64,000 bases of DNA, taken from positions 32,001 to 96,000 of IMG/VR virus record IMGVR_UViG_3300045999_011735; one strand, 5' to 3'. The DNA is from a virus. Every line of letters begins with the position of its first letter. Within the stretch, counting starts at the first letter, position 1. Of this stretch, positions 57,748 through 64,000 are shown in pieces. A program made the translations under genes and the position numbers. The notes under the pieces are model-generated. The model saw nothing but the letters and a program-made list of their open reading frames with translations. It did not search any database and was not told where the DNA came from.

Positions 57748-58373
57748 TGTTTATAGATGTCAAATTTAGATAAATCTGGATATGGTAATTCTAAATCAGT
57801 ATTGTGCTTTTTGGTTCCATCTATATTATAGAATTGATTCATTAATAGTAATCCTCTAGCTGCTAACTCAGGCATCATATAGAAATTCCATCCTAGCATA
57901 TCAAAATTATCATCATGATATGAACATTCTCTTCTACCACTATATCTTGCTCTTTTAAACCAGTGATATGCTTCTAAACTGTCAGTTAAGATAGCTCCAC
58001 CTTTACTTAATTTAAAATGCTTATAAGGACCTGTAAATGAAACACACATATGAGTTCCTGGTTTGTACATGTCTGCTGTAAAGCATAAAGCACTGTCCCA
58101 AACATTAGTAGGTGCTAATTGATAAGCTCCTTTTAATGTTTTACCTTCTACAGGTGTAAATTTTACTTTAGCACCAGCATGAATAATTTCACAAGGTACA
58201 GATGGGTATGTACGAGCAGGGATTGTTACTTCTTTTCCTTTAACATTTTCAAACATTAAAGCCAAGAATAAAGCATTACTTTGGTTATCTACAGTTACTA
58301 CGTAAGGAGCACCTGTATAGTCAGCTAGTGCTTTTTCGAAATCTTCTGTTATTTTATAAATACCATTTGCCAT
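57744..58373 (-). CDS. Short DegT/DnrJ-family PLP aminotransferase
   Basis: FEKALADYTG, WDSA, SFTGPYKH...GGAILT, GWNFYM. Confidence 0.8.
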   Translation of the reverse strand: MANGIYKITEDFEKALADYTGAPYVVTVDNQSNALFLALMFENVKGKEVTIPARTYPSVPCEIIHAGAKVKFTPVEGKTLKGAYQLAPTNVWDSALCFTADMYKPGTHMCVSFTGPYKHFKLSKGGAILTDSLEAYHWFKRARYSGRRECSYHDDNFDMLGWNFYMMPELAARGLLLMNQFYNIDGTKKHNTDLELPYPDLSKFDIYKQ

Positions 58374-58376
58374 AAT

Positions 58377-59003
58377 CTATATTTTTTCGTAAAAAGCATT
58401 TTGTTTTTCTTGACGCTCAATTGTTTTAGAATGTACTAATTCATATCCTTTAGGTAAATTAGCTATTGTTTTCCAACCTGCAAGACGCTCGTGTACTTTG
58501 TTAATCCACGTTATTTCCTTTTTATTAGCGCATATACGTGTTTGGAAATCAGGATAATTAACCCACCCATTATCATCTACAAACCATCTCCATTTATCAA
58601 TGTGATCACGAGTTAATCCTTCGACAGTATTAATTCTAGGTACGGCGATTAGATCTACTAAATCTTTATTCATGTCTAATATACCATGAATATTTTCAGC
58701 TAATCCATCACTTAGATATTCATCTGCATCAATAAAGAATACCCAATCACGTGTACAGTGGTTTTTAACATTATTTTTAAATGATGCAAAGTCACCATTT
58801 AGTGAAGCGAATATTCTATGATATTCAAAAGATTGTCCAACATTATATTTGTTGGCTACTTTTTTAACCTCGTCTGTAGCAGTTGAATCTAATTGAACCA
58901 TTATTTCATCACCTGGTTTGATGATGGTTACTAGTTGATCTAGTAAACGCTCTAGTTCAACATGTTCATTCCATGCTGTAATTGCAAAACTAATTGTAGA
59001 CAT
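58377..59003 (-). CDS. Glycosyltransferase family 2
   Basis: ITAWNE, DFASFKN, IDADE, PDFQTR, VHE. Confidence 0.88.
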   Translation of the reverse strand: MSTISFAITAWNEHVELERLLDQLVTIIKPGDEIMVQLDSTATDEVKKVANKYNVGQSFEYHRIFASLNGDFASFKNNVKNHCTRDWVFFIDADEYLSDGLAENIHGILDMNKDLVDLIAVPRINTVEGLTRDHIDKWRWFVDDNGWVNYPDFQTRICANKKEITWINKVHERLAGWKTIANLPKGYELVHSKTIERQEKQNAFYEKI

Positions 59004-59006
59004 AAC

Positions 59007-59252
59007 TTAGTCATTTAATAACTCTTTTTTAGATTCATTAGATACTGAATTTGTATCTGTTGATACCCACTGTTTATATTTTTCAGCAGCACTTAGTAAG
59101 GTTTCATTTGGTTCATAGTCATAATAGATAACATCATCATTTACTTCTTTGATTTTTTCCTTTAACATGTCCCATTGAGCTGGGGTTATGTTATGATGAT
59201 GTGCTCCTTCCATGAATCCTTTAAACCAAATTACAAAGTCTCTACTTGTCAT
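59007..59252 (-). CDS. Hypothetical protein
   Basis: FVIWFKGF...QWDMLKEK. Confidence 0.55.
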   Translation of the reverse strand: MTSRDFVIWFKGFMEGAHHHNITPAQWDMLKEKIKEVNDDVIYYDYEPNETLLSAAEKYKQWVSTDTNSVSNESKKELLND

Positions 59253-59680
59253 AACGAATTTAATTTTAAAATAGCAGATGCAAATGATTCTCTTGGAAAA
59301 TGTTCCATTAAACTCATATCAATTCTATGAGTTTGATTTTTTGGAAAACGTGCTTTTTCCTCTTCTTTAATTGGTACTAATGGAGCAACTGTCCATTTCC
59401 AAGCATCTTTATTACTTCCATTTGGAAATAATATACCTTTTTCAGCTATATTGATTGTACTTGGATACCATACGAATCCATCTTTATCTACTATTTCTAA
59501 ATCTTTAATTAGTTCTGGGAGTGATTCTTTTGCATTTGTTACAAAGTCGCTGTCCTGTACCATGTGTGAAGTGCTTCCGTATCCACAATTAAAACACATC
59601 CATTGAATGAATTGTTCATGATGATACTCATAACACATTTCAGCGTCACAACATGGACACTTAATTAAATTGTCAGTCAT
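59249..59680 (-). CDS. Zn-ribbon hypothetical protein
   Basis: CPCC...CFNCGY. Confidence 0.6.
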   Translation of the reverse strand: MTDNLIKCPCCDAEMCYEYHHEQFIQWMCFNCGYGSTSHMVQDSDFVTNAKESLPELIKDLEIVDKDGFVWYPSTINIAEKGILFPNGSNKDAWKWTVAPLVPIKEEEKARFPKNQTHRIDMSLMEHFPRESFASAILKLNSL

Positions 59681-59703
59681 AATATAAAGGTATAAACTAT
59701 ATT

Positions 59704-59889
59704 TTAGAATCCAAACAACTTCTTAATTTTATCTAATAAAGATGTTTTTATTTCAACATCACGATTAGATACAAATGGAGTTGTTTCTGGAGCAAGAACT
59801 GGAAGTTCAACATTCTTTTTCTTTGATGTTGGTTTCTTTGCAGTTGTTGCTTTTTTAGTTGTTACCTTTTTTGTGGTTTTCTTTTCCAT
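59704..59889 (-). CDS. Small Lys/Thr-rich protein with amphipathic C-terminus
   Basis: KKTTKK repeats; LLDKIKKLFGF. Confidence 0.55.
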   Translation of the reverse strand: MEKKTTKKVTTKKATTAKKPTSKKKNVELPVLAPETTPFVSNRDVEIKTSLLDKIKKLFGF

Positions 59890-59917
59890 GATTGATTTGT
59901 TTGTATATAAATATAGA

Positions 59918-61219
59918 TTATTGTTCTATCTTTTTAAGTTTAGGCAACTTAAGTTCAACTTGTTTTGGAAATTCAGGAGTATACTTTTTAAGTAATTCGT
60001 CTAACACCTCAACCATTTTGTCAAATGAGAAATTTTGTTTATTTCTGTATGCGAGGCGTTTTGCTTTTTCTTGATATTCTTTATAGTTGGTAAATACATC
60101 CATTAAAGCATGTCCTGATTGGTTATCATCAGGTTTGAACCACATTGATTCAGCCAATATTGTATTAGCAACAGCCGCACTTGGGTGTACTTGATTTAAT
60201 GTACCTCCTACTAAGCCACAGAGTTCAGAATTTAAGAAATCTAAATGCCCACTCCATCCACTAGCAATAATTGGTTTTCCAATAACACTAAATTCAAGTA
60301 ACGGGCGTCCAAATCCTTCACCTTTAGTAAAGGACACCATTGCTTTTACTTTTGGGTGGTTGTATATGCAATTTACTTCATCATCACTCAAATCACCATG
60401 GATTAAGTAGATATTAGGTATATCTTTTGAATTTACTGTTTTTCTAATATCATCTATCTTCTTCAAAATATTGTCTCTATCTATAATTGAAGGAGCACCT
60501 TGTGATACTTTTAAAATTAGTCCTGGTTTGTTTTTCTTTCCTTTAAATACTTCAAGGAATGCTTTAATCATGTATCCAACATTCTTTCTATCTTCAGCAT
60601 AGTCACCTTGCAACCAGTGCCCTACAAATAAGTAACAGAATTCTTCTTTAATTGTATTTAAATCATCATAAATGTCAAAATCAACAATATCGTCCGATTT
60701 AAAATATTTATTTAAATCAGCACCTTCAAATAATATTTCAAGTGGTTTTTTTAATTCAATTACGTTTACTAATTGACCATTTGGTGCTTTCTGTTCAAAT
60801 TTACTACTTTGAAATACTTTTTTAGAATGATCAGATGATACTAAATTTAGAGTCATTCTATTACAACCTTCAATCCAACTAGGATCGCATGTTGTAGTTT
60901 CAATACCTGCTGTAACACCAATATTGAATTTACCTAATGGTTGAAATTCATTTGGTACTGTAATTTGGATCCATACTTCAGGTTGTTTAGGAACACTCAT
61001 TGTTAGTTTTCCAATGATTCTATTTTTCAAATCTTCTTCTTCAGCAATGTTTGTATCTAAAGCACCGAATGGTGTTTGTCCCCATCTTTGAGATAATATT
61101 TTAATATCCCATTCTTCACCTTTAATTTTGATAAGTGATTTTACAAAATCACGAGATCTAGCTCCGTATCCACTATACGTGTCAATAGGGCAACTTACTA
61201 TACAAAGTGGTTTACTCAT
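59918..61219 (-). CDS. Glycosyltransferase family 4 (GT-B)
   Basis: SGYG, DRKN, KGEGFGRPLLE...KPIIASGWSGHLDF. Confidence 0.9.
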   Translation of the reverse strand: MSKPLCIVSCPIDTYSGYGARSRDFVKSLIKIKGEEWDIKILSQRWGQTPFGALDTNIAEEEDLKNRIIGKLTMSVPKQPEVWIQITVPNEFQPLGKFNIGVTAGIETTTCDPSWIEGCNRMTLNLVSSDHSKKVFQSSKFEQKAPNGQLVNVIELKKPLEILFEGADLNKYFKSDDIVDFDIYDDLNTIKEEFCYLFVGHWLQGDYAEDRKNVGYMIKAFLEVFKGKKNKPGLILKVSQGAPSIIDRDNILKKIDDIRKTVNSKDIPNIYLIHGDLSDDEVNCIYNHPKVKAMVSFTKGEGFGRPLLEFSVIGKPIIASGWSGHLDFLNSELCGLVGGTLNQVHPSAAVANTILAESMWFKPDDNQSGHALMDVFTNYKEYQEKAKRLAYRNKQNFSFDKMVEVLDELLKKYTPEFPKQVELKLPKLKKIEQ

Positions 61220-62658
61220 AACGAAATTACAGTTTTATTTTGTTTTGCAGGTAATTCTTCAATTTTTATAAAATTATAACATTCTCTAGGCTCCCATTTT
61301 TCAAGAGTTTTATCAATATATTTGATAACATTTTTAGCCATATTTTTAGATGTCATCATTGCTTCATCTGATGTAACCCATTTACGAGCGGCTTCTCCTC
61401 TACGTTTACGTTCATCAGAACTTAATTCATATAGTGCTTTTATTTGAGCAGCTGCATCTCTAAAATCAGCTCTATCATCAAAGATATAAGGTGTTGGGAC
61501 TGAACCTACAAGAGATAAATTTGATGGAAATACTGGGAAGGCCCATTCACCACATTTTTTATATTTTCCAAAATGGTTTGATCCAAATTCTTCAGTGAAT
61601 TTAATCCATTCACCATTTTCATCTTCAAAGCGCATTTGGTCTTGCATACCACCAGTTACGTTGGCAATGATTGGTTTTCCACACATCATAGCTTCAGTTA
61701 AACTTAATCCCCATCCTTCATTCGATGAAATCAAAATACAAGCATCCATTGAATTGTATAGTAAATTCATTTGTTCAGGAACAAATCTATTTAATCCTGT
61801 AATTAATACATTTGGAGGATTTTTACCCCAAATCATTTCAATTACAGCAGGAATATCTGTTCCGTTTTCATCTACAGGGTGTGTATGAGCTATAAATGCT
61901 ACTTTATCTTTTTTATCTTCTGGAAGTTGGTCTACAAATAATTTCCAAGCTAATAGTACATCTGGGAATGATTTGCGTCTAATGTTTCTAGAGTTAAATC
62001 CTAAAACAAAGTCAAATTCTTTTTTTCCAAATATGTTCTTTTTAAACTCTTCAAGTTCTTTTCCTTTATCTGTTCCTTCCTGAATAGGGAAGAATACATC
62101 TTCATTTATACCATGAGGCACATATCCTATTACTTTGTCTTTGGCTTTATCACCTAACACAGCATGATTTAAGTTTTCAGTCTGTTTAGAAATAGCTAAT
62201 AAACCATCACATGATTCGTAATATGGTCTGTTGTAAAGTGGATAAGGCAATGAATCCCAAATGTTCAAATAAATAATTGGAACTTGAGAACGTATCTCTC
62301 TTTCATGCATCCACAACCAAATCCAATAACGTGGATCTGTAAACAACATGATTGCGTCTGGTTTTTCAACTTCAAGTAATGCTCTAATGGCTTCAATAGT
62401 TCCATATCCAGAACTAGGGTATAATGTTACTTGAGCATCTTCAATTCCATTAAATTTATTTGCATCTGCACTTAAATCTAATTTTTTACCTTCGTCTGGG
62501 TGTTTGATTGTACTACCTAAATTTATCCAATTGTAGTAATGGCAGGTACCTAAAATCATTTCCCTTGCCATAGTTGCAATACCAGAAGTTGTTCTGATAT
62601 CATCTGATAATAGTAAAATCTTTTTACGTTGTGCTTGTGGAATGTAACCTTCTTTCAT
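61216..62658 (-). CDS. Glycosyltransferase family 4 (GT-B)
   Basis: SG.A, VPHGI, RNIRRK, NEGWGLSLTEAMMCGKP. Confidence 0.9.
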   Translation of the reverse strand: MKEGYIPQAQRKKILLLSDDIRTTSGIATMAREMILGTCHYYNWINLGSTIKHPDEGKKLDLSADANKFNGIEDAQVTLYPSSGYGTIEAIRALLEVEKPDAIMLFTDPRYWIWLWMHEREIRSQVPIIYLNIWDSLPYPLYNRPYYESCDGLLAISKQTENLNHAVLGDKAKDKVIGYVPHGINEDVFFPIQEGTDKGKELEEFKKNIFGKKEFDFVLGFNSRNIRRKSFPDVLLAWKLFVDQLPEDKKDKVAFIAHTHPVDENGTDIPAVIEMIWGKNPPNVLITGLNRFVPEQMNLLYNSMDACILISSNEGWGLSLTEAMMCGKPIIANVTGGMQDQMRFEDENGEWIKFTEEFGSNHFGKYKKCGEWAFPVFPSNLSLVGSVPTPYIFDDRADFRDAAAQIKALYELSSDERKRRGEAARKWVTSDEAMMTSKNMAKNVIKYIDKTLEKWEPRECYNFIKIEELPAKQNKTVISL

Positions 62659-62675
62659 AATAATTTTTAAAAGTA

Positions 62676-62879
62676 TTAAAGACTACCACTCATTATTAAT
62701 TCAGTGTGGTTGTGTAATTGTTTGCGAAATTCTTCACTGCTCAAATACAAATGAATTGCTCTATTTGTTAACTTTTGTAAGTTAAATTTGTTTTTGATAC
62801 TTGCAACTTTAAATTCTTCAAACAAGTCTTGATGTACTTTTACACTCGTAAGTGTTAATTTTTCATTTTTGCTTGCCAT
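62676..62879 (-). CDS. Ribbon-helix-helix DNA-binding protein
   Basis: TSVKVHQDLFEEFK...NLQKLTNRAIHLYL. Confidence 0.7.
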   Translation of the reverse strand: MASKNEKLTLTSVKVHQDLFEEFKVASIKNKFNLQKLTNRAIHLYLSSEEFRKQLHNHTELIMSGSL

Positions 62880-62912
62880 AAACTATATATTTTGATATAA
62901 ATATATATTCCT

Positions 62913-63854
62913 TTAAAAAGAATTTAACTTGTTACAAAGAGAGGGATTGTTGTTAAATTGGCACCATTTACATAAAGGTCCTACTTGTTTTAGGTGTTCT
63001 TTAACTAATGGTTTTCCATCTTTATCAAAACAATCTTCTATAAATGTACGAAAGCCTTCTAATGTAGCCGAACGTTTTCTTGGGCCTGATGCAGGAGTGA
63101 ATGTTTGAATCCTAGGAATCGGATATTCACTGTTTTCCCATATTTTACGCTTCACAATGAAGAATTCAACTTCAATTTTATCTATATCCCAATTGAATAA
63201 TTTACTAAAGTATTCTTTATAAAGTAATATTTGTGATGTTTTAGTTTCGTTTCGTTTATCCTCGTCTCTCCATCCACGTTTTGAGGTTTTAATATCGTAA
63301 ATACAAATGGTGTCTGTATTTTCATTATATAGTATAAAATCGATAAAACCCCTAAATTTAACATTAGGATAATTTTCATGCGGAGTATATGCTAAAGGAA
63401 ATTCAATTCCTATAAGGTGAGTTTTACGAGATGAAAAATATTCTCCTCGTTTTTTAAGGAAAAATTCTATTATTTCTCTTCCATCCTCGAAGTATTCAGC
63501 CATTTCAGCTGCTGAGGAGAAGTGTGTTTTGTGATTTTGTTCGAATCCTGTTTTGTATTCTTCCCTAAATGTGTTTTCAAACAGGCCTATAATATCTTCC
63601 CTGTCAGCAGCTGCTCCACTTTGTTCATACATTACTTTAAGGTAATGCTGTAATGCTGTATGCATTGCTGTTCCAAATGTAAGTTCAATGCTTGGGGGGT
63701 TCTTATGTTTATCTACACTTTGAAGCTTCCACTTGTGTGGGCATTGCTTCCAAGTAGAATACTGTGAATATGAAACTATTTTTTCTTTACTCCAATCAAT
63801 CTCTGTTTCTTTATGCTCGAGTAGAGGCTTTAGATGCTTTGGTAGTTTTTTCAT
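62913..63854 (-). CDS. PD-(D/E)XK nuclease (RecB/Cas4-like exonuclease)
   Basis: SYSQ..W.QCP, FGTAMH, GFIDFI, YDIKTS, QILLY, CKWC...C. Confidence 0.85.
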   Translation of the reverse strand: MKKLPKHLKPLLEHKETEIDWSKEKIVSYSQYSTWKQCPHKWKLQSVDKHKNPPSIELTFGTAMHTALQHYLKVMYEQSGAAADREDIIGLFENTFREEYKTGFEQNHKTHFSSAAEMAEYFEDGREIIEFFLKKRGEYFSSRKTHLIGIEFPLAYTPHENYPNVKFRGFIDFILYNENTDTICIYDIKTSKRGWRDEDKRNETKTSQILLYKEYFSKLFNWDIDKIEVEFFIVKRKIWENSEYPIPRIQTFTPASGPRKRSATLEGFRTFIEDCFDKDGKPLVKEHLKQVGPLCKWCQFNNNPSLCNKLNSF

Positions 63855-64000
63855 CTTTCAATAACTTTTTTATTTCATCATCGTCTATTCCTCTGCTACT
63901 TAAGATGTTTTTTACTTCATCTTTATTTAATATATGGAGATATTCTTTTATCTCTCTAGTTGATATTTGGTAATGATTAGCTAAAGTATCTAATAATTCA
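63811..64000 (-). CDS. C-terminus of a gene, possibly clamp-loader small subunit (gp62-like); partial
   Basis: ...LANHYQISTREIKEYLHILNKDEVKNILSSRG...; open to the window end. Confidence 0.4.
   Translation of the reverse strand, partial: ELLDTLANHYQISTREIKEYLHILNKDEVKNILSSRGIDDDEIKKLLKDEKTTKASKASTRA

Larger units (their letters stand above)
511..62904 (-). promoter_or_regulatory. Repeated late-type motif ATATTTAT shortly upstream of starts
   Basis: +strand ataaatat at 511, 3889, 11494, 17566, 20142, 23036, 24755, 41865, 44973, 46490, 47074, 47701, 49469, 59907, 62897. Confidence 0.65.

Noticed and set aside
62913-63854. Cas4-like nuclease as evidence for CRISPR-Cas
   Set aside because: No array or other cas genes; such nucleases are routine in phage replication modules.
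1-64000. Stop-codon reassignment
   Set aside because: The standard code gives dense, full-length genes, and there is no suppressor anticodon among the canonical tRNAs.

Overview
AT-rich segment of a large tailed-phage (myovirus-like) genome, coded almost entirely on the minus strand. The host is probably in Bacteroidota, based on a Bacteroidota-type outer-membrane beta-barrel gene, bS21 with Tyr54, a DUF4494-like gene, D-S/T-x lipoproteins and TAnnTTT(A/G)-like promoters. Layout: (i) 1-2.7 kb OMP, exonuclease, primase, GIY-YIG nuclease. (ii) 2.7-23.9 kb baseplate/tail structural block, including a 1612-aa Thr-Pro mucin-like protein and a gp55-like sigma factor. (iii) 24-44 kb array of short ORFs, many with their own copy of a conserved promoter, plus several structured non-coding elements. 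(iv) 45-47.3 kb translation module: 6 canonical tRNAs, 1 aberrant tRNA-like RNA, a 3-way-junction ncRNA, tmRNA with a 23-aa tag and bS21; a second aberrant tRNA-like RNA lies at 31.9 kb. (v) 49.4-62.7 kb glycosyltransferase, methyltransferase and NDP-sugar locus. The best candidate for an undescribed system is phage-encoded virion O-glycosylation. It rests on a soluble GT/NDP-sugar locus sharing the structural-gene promoter motif, a giant mucin-like virion protein, and a [ST]-[GAS]-S tripeptide strongly enriched in the structural proteins (candidate sequon). Second-best candidates are tRNA-scaffolded RNAs without usable anticodons and a convergent-promoter sense/antisense element. All functional calls come from motif recognition by eye; no database searches were run.
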